IMG/VR virus record: IMGVR_UViG_3300039452_000031
Reading direction: 5' to 3' (one strand)
Source of the DNA: a virus
Taxonomy: Duplodnaviria > Heunggongvirae > Uroviricota > Caudoviricetes
DNA length: 64,000 bases
The notes under the pieces are model-generated. The model had not been told where the DNA came from, did not search any database, and saw nothing but the letters and a program-made list of their open reading frames with translations. Positions 44,683 through 51,965 of this stretch are shown one piece after another (within the stretch, counting starts at the first letter, position 1; every line of letters begins with the position of its first letter). The position numbers were made by a program, and so were the translations under genes.

Positions 44683-44694
44683 AAACTGTAAACA
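44683..44694 (+). promoter_or_regulatory. AAACTGTAAACA motif copy 3
   Basis: Followed by the 11-bp inverted repeat CTGGTGACGAC(N52)GTCGTCACCAG, then a ~490-nt non-coding stretch before ATG 45185. Confidence 0.5.
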
Positions 44695-45184
44695 AGAAGA
44701 CTGGTGACGACTTCCCTTGGACCTCTGCTCTGGACCTATCCTAGCCATGGGTCTGCAACTAAGGTCGTCACCAGCTAGGCGGGTAGGTTGATGCTAGACC
44801 CTCCGCTGAATAACTGGTGCCTGAGGACCTGAGGAAGAGGATCGCATAGAAGGGCCGCGACGCGTAAGCACCAAGGCCTGGAGCGGTCGACAAACTCTGA
44901 CACAGGACAGTCAGGACCAGAAGAGCCGATCGGAGACCATAGGGAGACCTAGGGCTCTGAAGCATCTAGACGATGGGATGGGCATGAATCTCATTCGAGA
45001 CCGGATTTTAGAACGTGCGTGTCCACGGGTATGCCTACCAACAGGCTTTGGTCTACGTGTGCCAGACGTTGATCGAGACCTTAGAAAAGCCTGCTTGGCA
45101 ACAGGATGCGAAACCCGAGGGATGGGTTATGGCCTCCCAAAGTCCCTCCCCGTCCTTCGGGCGTAACATAGGTAAGGATTCATC

Positions 45185-45769
45185 ATGACCGGAATTGTTT
45201 GCTCCTGCTCTAACCCAGACTGCATGGTCAATGGATGCCGGCGAATGCGCGAGCTTCGTAAGGAGCATCCTAATGTTCTTCAGCCTGATCTGGTTCAGCA
45301 GGTTCCTAAGGACAAGTCCTACAACGACCTTGAAGAGCCTATGCGCAAGCAGCAGGAGTTCGAGGCCCTGAAGGCAAAGTTCCCTCCCATCGTGCCTGCC
45401 CGATATGAGAATTTGGGAATGCGTCGAACTGGGAGGACTACACGAATGCTAGCCTTGGCGGCTGAGAAGGCTCAGCAAGGTTATGCCATCTACGTGCTGT
45501 GCCTAAACAAGAGCAAGAAGTTCTTGGAGACCCAGTTTGCTACCCAGTACCCAAATGTTACGGGCGTCAAGTTCGATACCCGTAAGAGTCTTGTCTATGC
45601 GTTTGATGACCAAAGGCTATGCCTGAGGACTTCCATGCCTAAATCGCAATTGCTGATCGATCACGCCTACATTGAGTCCCGCTACTCTGTGGTCCTAGAT
45701 CATTTGCATGCCTTCGATGAGGTAAAGGAAGAAAAGGAAGAAAAGGAAGGGGAGAAAAAAAATGAGTGA
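45185..45769 (+). CDS. hypothetical protein (N-terminal Cys cluster, degenerate P-loop-like GMRRTGRTT)
   Basis: RBS GGTAAGGA. KEEKEEKEGEKK C-tail. Confidence 0.45.
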   Translation: MTGIVCSCSNPDCMVNGCRRMRELRKEHPNVLQPDLVQQVPKDKSYNDLEEPMRKQQEFEALKAKFPPIVPARYENLGMRRTGRTTRMLALAAEKAQQGYAIYVLCLNKSKKFLETQFATQYPNVTGVKFDTRKSLVYAFDDQRLCLRTSMPKSQLLIDHAYIESRYSVVLDHLHAFDEVKEEKEEKEGEKKNE

Positions 45770-46046
45770 CGTGAAAATTGGAGCCAAGACCTTGTTGGTC
45801 TTTGACGAGAATCCGGAGAAGATTAGCTTCTTCGTTATCGACTCGGCAAGCCCTATTGCGCAGCAGGCTCGTCTAGTGGCCGGCAAGTACATGAACAGTG
45901 ACGAGTTGACAAAGAAGGAAGAGAAGGCCCCCACCGCGGTATCCGAATGGATGGTTTCCACGGAAGGCAAGGCTGCTCGTCTGGACAACAAGAAGGTCAT
46001 GGAAGTTCGCGTTCAGGAAGTCATTCATTTCGGCTTTGCCTTGTGA
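45762..46046 (+). CDS. hypothetical protein
   Basis: 94-aa ORF. Confidence 0.4.
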   Translation: MSDVKIGAKTLLVFDENPEKISFFVIDSASPIAQQARLVAGKYMNSDELTKKEEKAPTAVSEWMVSTEGKAARLDNKKVMEVRVQEVIHFGFAL

Positions 46047-46055
46047 GGTAGGCCA

Positions 46056-46763
46056 ATGACTACCATTGCATGGGATGGCGAACAACTTGTAGCCGACAAG
46101 GCTGTGGTCATGAGCGGGCATCGTGCTCTGACCTGTAAGGCGCGAAAGCTCGCATCTGGTTTTCTTGTGGCTGGAACTGGTAGCGGGCCCTACGTCGAGG
46201 AAATGATTGCCTGGTTCTCTGACGGTGCAGACCCTTCCAAATTCCCAACTCATCAACGTGACCTCGAAAAGTGCGCCATGTTGATCGTCGTGTCCGAGGC
46301 AAAGGTCGTCAAGCTCTACGATGGCAGTCCGTACCCAATTCTGATCGAGGATCAGCAGTACGCTATCGGCTCCGGTAGCCACTACGCCCTGGCTGCCATG
46401 CACCTTGGAAAGAACGCGATTGCTGCCATCGAGGTTGCTGCTCATTTCGATCCCAACACCTCAGCAGAATACGATGCGCTAGGTTTTGAGCCCCAGACTG
46501 CCACCGTAGACAAATCCCAGCTTCTTGAGGAGTCGTACACAGAGATCATGGATCTTGTTCATGCTCTTGAGGACACGGCGTTCAGGCATGGTTGGAGCTT
46601 CGGACAAGAAGATCCAACCATGCCAGGAGACTCTGAGGAGCAGAAAGATCTAGATGATCTTAAGACCGACATAGAGAACAAGCTAAGTCGTCTTAGGGCC
46701 TCAACGCTTCCTTGTGAGGGCGGGAAAGATAAATTACCGAAGATGCGTAGGAGAAGGTCATGA
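46056..46763 (+). CDS. HslV/20S-proteasome-beta-like Ntn-hydrolase peptidase
   Basis: MTTIAWDG... has Thr immediately after Met. CKARKL, LVAGTGSG and QQYAIGSGSHYALAAMHLG parallel the HslV blocks TTIV..., AGFAGG and AIGSGGNYALSAARAL. Confidence 0.6.
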   Translation: MTTIAWDGEQLVADKAVVMSGHRALTCKARKLASGFLVAGTGSGPYVEEMIAWFSDGADPSKFPTHQRDLEKCAMLIVVSEAKVVKLYDGSPYPILIEDQQYAIGSGSHYALAAMHLGKNAIAAIEVAAHFDPNTSAEYDALGFEPQTATVDKSQLLEESYTEIMDLVHALEDTAFRHGWSFGQEDPTMPGDSEEQKDLDDLKTDIENKLSRLRASTLPCEGGKDKLPKMRRRRS

Positions 46764-47365
46764 ACTTGGATCTAAACATTACGTTTGAGCCCTTTCCTGA
46801 ACCTGTCTTGGAATTCGAATTCGCAGGACTTAAGTGTTACAACCATACCAAGGTTCTTCTGAACGGCGATTGGTGTCTGACAATAAATAAGTACCAGGAT
46901 CTTGATGTCCAAGTTCCGGTTATGGATGAGTGGGGCGATGAGGTAGAGGAAGACGATGAGCCCAAGGAAGTCGTGTCCTACGCGGTGAAGGCCAGATGGG
47001 ACATGCTGAAGGTCAATCACGACCCAATTGGGGCAGTGACAGAGGAAGACAAGAAGATTCCCACAATAGAATTGGCTCGAATTCACGCTGCTGCGGCTGC
47101 AGGTCAGGTCGCCAACTTCCTTCGGGAGAAGATGCGACTCTTTGGAAACGGGTCTGAAGCAAAGGCCTCGAAAGCCACAAGGTACAGATTCCAGTATGGC
47201 GACAAGGCTAATCAGACGGTCACTGTATATGCCACATCTCTTGAGGAAGCTCGTATCAAGGCCGTTTCGGAAATGAATCACAGGCTCCTGCTCAAGGGCA
47301 AGGTTCCACCAACCATCTGGGCTCTGGACCTCGTACCCTGGGTCACTGGCGGCAAATCAATTTAA
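46760..47365 (+). CDS. hypothetical protein
   Basis: ATGA overlap with the upstream gene. Confidence 0.45.
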   Translation: MNLDLNITFEPFPEPVLEFEFAGLKCYNHTKVLLNGDWCLTINKYQDLDVQVPVMDEWGDEVEEDDEPKEVVSYAVKARWDMLKVNHDPIGAVTEEDKKIPTIELARIHAAAAAGQVANFLREKMRLFGNGSEAKASKATRYRFQYGDKANQTVTVYATSLEEARIKAVSEMNHRLLLKGKVPPTIWALDLVPWVTGGKSI

Positions 47366-47387
47366 CTCGTAGGCAAAGGAAAAGAAA

Positions 47388-47699
47388 ATGCGAATCCAAC
47401 CCCGCAACGAATACGTGGTCCTCAAGGTCATTGAAGCTAAGAAGCACGGTGGCATTATTGTCCCGGGTCAAGAGACGGAACGCAATCTCCTCACCGTGGT
47501 CTCCGTTGGCCAAGGCGGATTGACTGTCGATGGCCGCCGTATGCCCATTGAGGTTTCCGATGGTGTGCCCCTCAAGTCCGGGGATGTGGTGTTTCTGAAA
47601 CAAGGTGAGTACGAGACTTTCGAGCACCAAAAGGTTCAGCACCTGATTGTTCCCCAATCGGCTTTGATTGGCATCGAACTGCCTCAAGTCAACGACTAA
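47388..47699 (+). CDS. GroES/T4 gp31-like co-chaperonin
   Basis: IQPRNEYVVLKVIEAKKHGGIIVP...VVSVGQG...GDVVFLKQGEYETFEHQKVQHLIVPQSALIGIE parallels GroES (RPL.DRV.VKR.E.E.KS.GGIV...EV.AVG.G...GD.V.F..Y...E.....EE.LI..E.DILA..E). RBS AAAGGAAAAGAAA. Confidence 0.5.
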   Translation: MRIQPRNEYVVLKVIEAKKHGGIIVPGQETERNLLTVVSVGQGGLTVDGRRMPIEVSDGVPLKSGDVVFLKQGEYETFEHQKVQHLIVPQSALIGIELPQVND

Positions 47700-47929
47700 A
47701 GTCCATACTGGGGACCTATACTCCTAACCAAACACGCGGCGAGTGTGAAGTAGAGTCCACACGCAGTTGCGACCCGGGGCGACCAGCGGTGCTGGAAGGC
47801 AATCAATGAGGTCCTGAACGGCAGGGCAACCCAACAGCGCAAGATCGTATCGATAAGTCGTTTTACGAAAGCCTGATTCAAGACCTCACCATTTGTAGTC
47901 CGTGAGATACACAGAATAAAGCATGTGAG

Positions 47930-48008
47930 TGGTCGGTGAAAACTAGGACCACGGAAAGCAGACGTTGATGGGTGCAAGACCCGGGTTCGATTCCCGGCAG
48001 CTCCACCA
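47930..48008 (+). ncRNA. ssrA: tmRNA (ssrA), acceptor piece of a circularly permuted two-piece tmRNA; 5' boundary approximate
   Basis: 3' end AAGACCCGGGTTCGATTCCCGGCAGCTCCACCA parallels the E. coli tmRNA 3' end (...GGACGCGGGUUCAACUCCCGCCAGCUCCACCA). T-arm CCGGG-TTCGATT-CCCGG. Acceptor 3' strand CAGCTCC, discriminator A, encoded CCA. Confidence 0.75.
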
Positions 48009-48080
48009 CTAGGTTCTTACAAGGGCCTAGTAGTGCGTTCTGAACATTGCTCGATGAGTTCAGAGTAGGGCCCTAGTGAT

Positions 48081-48300
48081 GGGGCTGAACTGGTTTCGAT
48101 TGCGTTGCTGAGACTGAAGCTACATGCCGAGGTAGTATGGATCCTCGTTAAAAGCCTATGCAACAAAAGTAACTGCAGCCAATGACAGCAGCTTCGATCA
48201 GCGCCTCGCGGCCTGATCGACAAAGCTCTGCCGGGTTCTACCTAGCTTAGGTTAGGTGTGTACGGCGGAGGGCCCGGGCACCTGATAATGACGGTGTCTT
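48081..48300 (+). ncRNA. ssrA: tmRNA (ssrA), coding piece: acceptor 5' strand, PK1 and tag ORF AANDSSFDQRLAA; 3' boundary approximate
   Basis: GGGGCTGAACTGGTTTCGATTGCG parallels GGGGCUGAUUCUGGAUUCGACGGG. It pairs with CAGCTCC, giving a G3:U70 pair. PK1 reads CATGCCGAGG...CCTCGTTAAAAGCC, as in E. coli CAUGCCGAGG...CCUCGUAAAAAGCC. Resume codon GCA at 48175 and TGA at 48214-16. Confidence 0.8.
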
Positions 48301-48512
48301 TGACAGAGCGCAAGCTCAATGAACCCGGGCCACCTTTCTCTTTGCAAGGCGATTGTGAAGCCCATTCCGACCAGATGGCCATCTGGGTAGCTCGATTCTT
48401 GAGTGTCGGTTATACGCCACATTCTCGTCCTGATGTTTTGCTAGGACAGCCACTACCTGTCTTAGGAAAGCATGAGTGGGTTTCACAATCTCTTTATTTC
48501 CTGGAGATGAAC

Positions 48513-48683
48513 ATGACTGATCCTCAATACAAGGTCATCAATCTAGTGACACTAACCGATCAGGAACGTAGGGCAATAGAGGCCTTCCTAGACGAACACT
48601 GGGAGCGTTTCTGTGCCGTGGCCGAGCATTATCTCACTGACGAAGAGATTGACGAGCTGGGCGACAAACTGGAACAGGAGTAG
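48513..48683 (+). CDS. hypothetical small acidic protein
   Basis: GGAG RBS 6 nt before ATG 48513. The ORF-track GTG 48258 extension lies inside the tmRNA coding-piece region and has no RBS. Confidence 0.35.
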   Translation: MTDPQYKVINLVTLTDQERRAIEAFLDEHWERFCAVAEHYLTDEEIDELGDKLEQE

Positions 48684-48686
48684 GCT

Positions 48687-49070
48687 ATGCAAAGACGTTC
48701 CTTCTTGGCTGCCATTCTCGCAGCCTCCGCGGCTCCGGCAATCGTGAGCGCCAAAAGTCTCATGCCTTTGCGGGTAGTTAAGCCCAAAAGCTTTTGGGTA
48801 TTCGAAGGCGAGCTAGACCTCACGCTCGCGGACAAGCTCAACGCCCTAGGTATTAGTAAAGATTTCCTGTACTCGCCATCTTTGTCGGAAATGAATTCCC
48901 TGTCTGAAACTTCGCTGCGAGCGCATTATCAGAGGATAAAAGAGCACCGAGAGCTTTACCAGGATTGTTTGAATCCTGAGTTTGGAAAGGTCTTCAAAGG
49001 GGCAATAATCAATGAGTGGGACGCGTTGGCGCTAAAGCAACGCCAGCGGCGTCAAGCTTACGGTTTTTAG
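48687..49070 (+). CDS. Tat-signal secreted protein (putative)
   Basis: N-terminus MQRRSFLAAILAASAAPAIVSA has twin-arginine RRSFLA plus an AxA site. RBS GGAGTAGG. Confidence 0.5.
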   Translation: MQRRSFLAAILAASAAPAIVSAKSLMPLRVVKPKSFWVFEGELDLTLADKLNALGISKDFLYSPSLSEMNSLSETSLRAHYQRIKEHRELYQDCLNPEFGKVFKGAIINEWDALALKQRQRRQAYGF

Positions 49071-49316
49071 TGGAAGGTATCCCATTATGGCCCTCCTAAT
49101 GTGCCTGTTGGTTGGTCTATTCCTGACGTTTCAATTGGGGCCTCTCAGACCGTCGACCAACCACGGCACTGACCAACTTGGGCCCCAGAGGCCCGAAGAG
49201 CGATGGCGATTGTGACCATCGGGCTAGGGGCCGCGCTCGAAGGGAACGTGCGCATCGGTAACCCGCCCAAAAGGTAGCCGATAAGGTCTCATGGTTTCGA
49301 CCAATGCAACTGAGGA

Positions 49317-49345
49317 AGGCGTGGATGCTTTGTCTACGCCTTTTT
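49317..49345 (+). terminator. rho-independent terminator
   Basis: AGGCGTGGA(N7)TCTACGCCT followed by TTTT. Confidence 0.75.
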
Positions 49346-49358
49346 CCTTGTCTCCTTA

Positions 49359-49370
49359 GAACTGTAAACA
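49359..49370 (+). promoter_or_regulatory. GAACTGTAAACA motif copy 4 (variant first base)
   Basis: 50 nt before ATG 49420. Followed by the hairpin AGGTC(ACGTA)GACCT. Confidence 0.45.
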
Positions 49371-49419
49371 CTCTGGCACAGGTCACGTAGACCTCTAACC
49401 CAAACCTAAGGTACCGATC

Positions 49420-49647
49420 ATGGAACGCTACTACGTTTTCAATCAGGACATGAAGATCCTCGACACCATCGAGGCCCCGAACGTTGAGAAGGCGTTGGAG
49501 AAGGCGAAGAAGAACCTAGCCTTTCGTTGCCTGAACCCAATCGTTGGCAAGGCTAATGAGCATGACGCGATTCTTGAGCGTATGGAGCGTGACGAACCGC
49601 GTCAGCACCGCGGTCACTACACCCAACGTCGCCATCAGCAGCATTGA
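49420..49647 (+). CDS. hypothetical protein
   Basis: 75-aa ORF. Confidence 0.4.
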   Translation: MERYYVFNQDMKILDTIEAPNVEKALEKAKKNLAFRCLNPIVGKANEHDAILERMERDEPRQHRGHYTQRRHQQH

Positions 49648-49656
49648 GGTCTGACC

Positions 49657-49812
49657 ATGACAACAGCAGCCCCAACCAAGACGATGACCAAGCTCCCTCC
49701 GCCTAAGAAGGCGTGCGAGTGCCCAAAATGCAGCCGTGAAGGCTATCGAGTCTCCAGTCCTGGGTGTAGGCCGCTGTACCACTGCGCATACTGCCGAATG
49801 CAGTTCTCCTAA
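49657..49812 (+). CDS. small zinc-ribbon protein (51 aa; not in the ORF track)
   Basis: MTTAAPTKTMTKLPPPKKACECPKCSREGYRVSSPGCRPLYHCAYCRMQFS. ATG 10 nt after the upstream stop, with GAGG nearby. Confidence 0.3.
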   Translation: MTTAAPTKTMTKLPPPKKACECPKCSREGYRVSSPGCRPLYHCAYCRMQFS

Positions 49813-49935
49813 CCTTCTGGAGATGATGAATGACACCCACGGTGCCCTAACAGTTCAGTTTCAAAGCCCAGAGTGGTTTCAGGCCACGCGCATTGGCTAT
49901 ATCAATCTTCATCAACATCCACTGTAGAGACCATC

Positions 49936-50244
49936 ATGGACATTCAAGTTCAAATCGACAAGAAGGCTGTAGAGGCCCAAATCGTTCAGGCCGTCATGGC
50001 CTCTGCACTTGGTGAGCATGTTGATAAGGCGGTTAAGAAGGCCTTTGAAGCCCCAGGTTTTAGTCGTTCTTCTTTTGTTGAGACCGCAATTCAACAGGCT
50101 TTATACGACTGCATCCGAAGTATTGCGGTTCAGGAAGTGGATAAGTTTAAAGACCTTATCAAGGCCAAGGTTTCCGAAAAGTTGACTGATGATGTCGTGG
50201 ACTCTTTTGTTTCCAAGGCTTGGGAAAGATTCACTAAGGATTGA
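49936..50244 (+). CDS. hypothetical protein
   Basis: RBS GAGACCATC before ATG. The ORF-track start 49873 has no RBS. Confidence 0.4.
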   Translation: MDIQVQIDKKAVEAQIVQAVMASALGEHVDKAVKKAFEAPGFSRSSFVETAIQQALYDCIRSIAVQEVDKFKDLIKAKVSEKLTDDVVDSFVSKAWERFTKD

Positions 50245-50304
50245 GTATGAATGACAACCAGTTCCAGAGTATAGGCAACATCGCCTAGCTTCCTGGAGGG
50301 CCAA

Positions 50305-50496
50305 ATGGCCAACACGTTGATTCCCGAACGCATCAATTTCTTGAACATCAGTGCCATCTCGTTGGCGAAGTTGATCAGGACCGAGATCAAGACCTACAAC
50401 GGTCGTGATCCGGACCTCATGACCTGCCTGACCTTGGCTCGTCTCATGAAGGAGGCCCATCGTCAGGGTGAGATCCGTGGCAGGGCTTTGAAGTAA
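50305..50496 (+). CDS. hypothetical small protein
   Basis: 63-aa ORF with GGAGGG upstream. Confidence 0.35.
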   Translation: MANTLIPERINFLNISAISLAKLIRTEIKTYNGRDPDLMTCLTLARLMKEAHRQGEIRGRALK

Positions 50497-50508
50497 AGTG
50501 AATAATGT

Positions 50509-50585
50509 CGGAGAGTAGCTCAGTTGAATAGAGCAGCGGTCTTCTAAACCGCAGGTCAGGGGTTTGAATCCCCTCTCTTCGACCA
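50509..50585 (+). tRNA. tRNA-Arg (anticodon TCT)
   Basis: Acceptor CGGAGAG/CTCTTCG. D-arm GCTC-AGTTGAATA-GAGC. Anticodon loop CTTCTAA. T-arm AGGGG-TTTGAAT-CCCCT. ACCA 3' end. Confidence 0.9.
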
Positions 50586-50589
50586 AATA

Positions 50590-50673
50590 GCGCGGGTGGC
50601 GAAATTGGTAGACGCACTTGGTTTAGGTCCAAGCGTCTTTGACGTGCAGGTTCGAGTCCTGTCCCGCGCACCA
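50590..50673 (+). tRNA. tRNA-Leu (anticodon TAG)
   Basis: Acceptor GCGCGGG/CCCGCGC. Anticodon loop TTTAGGT. Long variable arm CGTCTTTGACGT. T-loop TTCGAGT. ACCA 3' end. Confidence 0.9.
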
Positions 50674-50681
50674 CCTATTAA

Positions 50682-50755
50682 GCGGGTGTAGCTCAATGGT
50701 AGAGCAAATGCCTTCCAAGCATAAGACGAGGGCTCGATCCCCTTCACCCGCTCCA
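50682..50755 (+). tRNA. tRNA-Gly (anticodon TCC)
   Basis: Acceptor GCGGGTG/CACCCGC. D-arm GCTC-AATGGTA-GAGC. Anticodon loop CTTCCAA. T-loop CTCGATC (C at position 54). TCCA 3' end. Confidence 0.8.
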
Positions 50756-50772
50756 AATTTAAAGCCGTGTCT

Positions 50773-51171
50773 ATGCATTCAAAACTTCTTAGCACCAAAA
50801 CTTCAGTTCCCACAGGTCATGACATTGTTGATCTTGTGGCCTATCTAAAGCACGTTAGGACCTACTACAAGGATGGTATCGCTAGTCGTGCATCAGAGAT
50901 TGTGGCCCACATTGAACAGCTTACGGCCTGGATCGATCTCTTGGAAAACTCAGGCAAGGTAGATATCCCTAGAAGTCGGTTGGCTCGGGTTCATCTACTT
51001 ATTGGACAAGGTCTTGAGGCCTCAACAGTTGGCGGCAAGCACGAAGCTTTGGAACGACTTGGTCATAACATCGGGCCGTGGATTTGTGCTTCGTGCTCTA
51101 CTTCATTCCCAATGCGACCTGAGAAATGCCCTGTCAATGGCTGCAATGAACTTCTAGACAAAGGCTTTTAA
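50773..51171 (+). CDS. hypothetical protein with C-terminal zinc-finger-like Cys cluster
   Basis: CASCSTSFPMRPEKCPVNGC. The ORF-track GTG 50767 lies 12 nt after tRNA-Gly; ATG 50773 is preferred. Confidence 0.45.
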   Translation: MHSKLLSTKTSVPTGHDIVDLVAYLKHVRTYYKDGIASRASEIVAHIEQLTAWIDLLENSGKVDIPRSRLARVHLLIGQGLEASTVGGKHEALERLGHNIGPWICASCSTSFPMRPEKCPVNGCNELLDKGF

Positions 51172-51172
51172 C

Positions 51173-51772
51173 ATGAGTACCAAAGTCGATAAGCTCCACA
51201 TTCTATCGTGGCTAAGTGCGCGCTTCCGCAAGGCTAGAAAGGAACGTGAAGACTCTCCACACGATCTAGGAGCGGTGCTAAGTCAGCAAAATGCGTCTGC
51301 TGTGCTTGCGGATTTCGTTGCCGACTTTAATGTCGCTGACTCAGGTCCCTCTGCTAAAGAAATTGCTGCCACTCTAGCAAAGCCAAAGAACTGGGCTCTC
51401 TCGCCTCCTGATAAGCGGCATGAGATGGAGATGTGCGAAGTGATCACCGAACGAGACCGTCGTGAAGAGGTCATCAACCAGATTCTGGATCTCGTCCTCG
51501 GGAAAGATCGACCAGAGTGGTCAAGTGCCTATAATTTTGAGGACGCCATTCGTGATGTGCAAGCGCGCTGTTTAGACGGTGAAGCCATGTACGGACCCCC
51601 GCTGGCTTGGGTACTCTACACAGCCACACCGGCGCTTACACCCTACGGTAGTCCTTACTCTTCCAAAGAGGAGGCGTTTGCTAGCGCATTTCGCATTCCG
51701 GCTACAATAGCGTGGGAAGTTCGCCCCCTGTATGACATCCTAAGAAAAGGAGAGCAAGATGCCGCAAGCTAG
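51173..51772 (+). CDS. hypothetical protein
   Basis: 199-aa ORF. Confidence 0.45.
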   Translation: MSTKVDKLHILSWLSARFRKARKEREDSPHDLGAVLSQQNASAVLADFVADFNVADSGPSAKEIAATLAKPKNWALSPPDKRHEMEMCEVITERDRREEVINQILDLVLGKDRPEWSSAYNFEDAIRDVQARCLDGEAMYGPPLAWVLYTATPALTPYGSPYSSKEEAFASAFRIPATIAWEVRPLYDILRKGEQDAAS

Positions 51773-51965
51773 TGCAGAGACCCTGAAGGCTTGGCCTCAC
51801 GACGACCGAAAAGCCTACACGCTCCTCGAAGAGAATTTCGGAGAGAAGGGCGGCTGGTACTATCCGAAGGTTGTTGGGTATCAGCCTACTGCTGAGGAGC
51901 AGGCGGCTATCAACTATCTGGTAGAGGAGTGGGACTATGGGTACACCGCAGTTGATCCCAGTTGA
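51759..51965 (+). CDS. hypothetical small protein
   Basis: RBS AAAAGGAGAGCAAG. Confidence 0.4.
   Translation: MPQASAETLKAWPHDDRKAYTLLEENFGEKGGWYYPKVVGYQPTAEEQAAINYLVEEWDYGYTAVDPS

Noticed and set aside
45185-45769. P-loop NTPase call for GMRRTGRTTRM
   Set aside because: Arg replaces the Walker-A Lys and no Walker B is evident. Left as hypothetical.
47998-48216. Standard (non-permuted) tmRNA or an ordinary tRNA at 47930-48008
   Set aside because: No GGAGCTG/GGGGCTG 5' acceptor strand exists within ~80 nt upstream of the CCA end. The matching 5' strand, PK1 and the tag ORF all lie downstream of the CCA. No second T-arm/CCA follows the tag. Only a permuted arrangement fits.
48258-48512. Long form (141 aa, GTG start) of the 48513 gene
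   Set aside because: It has no RBS, starts immediately after the tmRNA tag region inside the probable coding piece, and the N-terminal 85 aa are low-complexity. The short form has GGAG at proper spacing.
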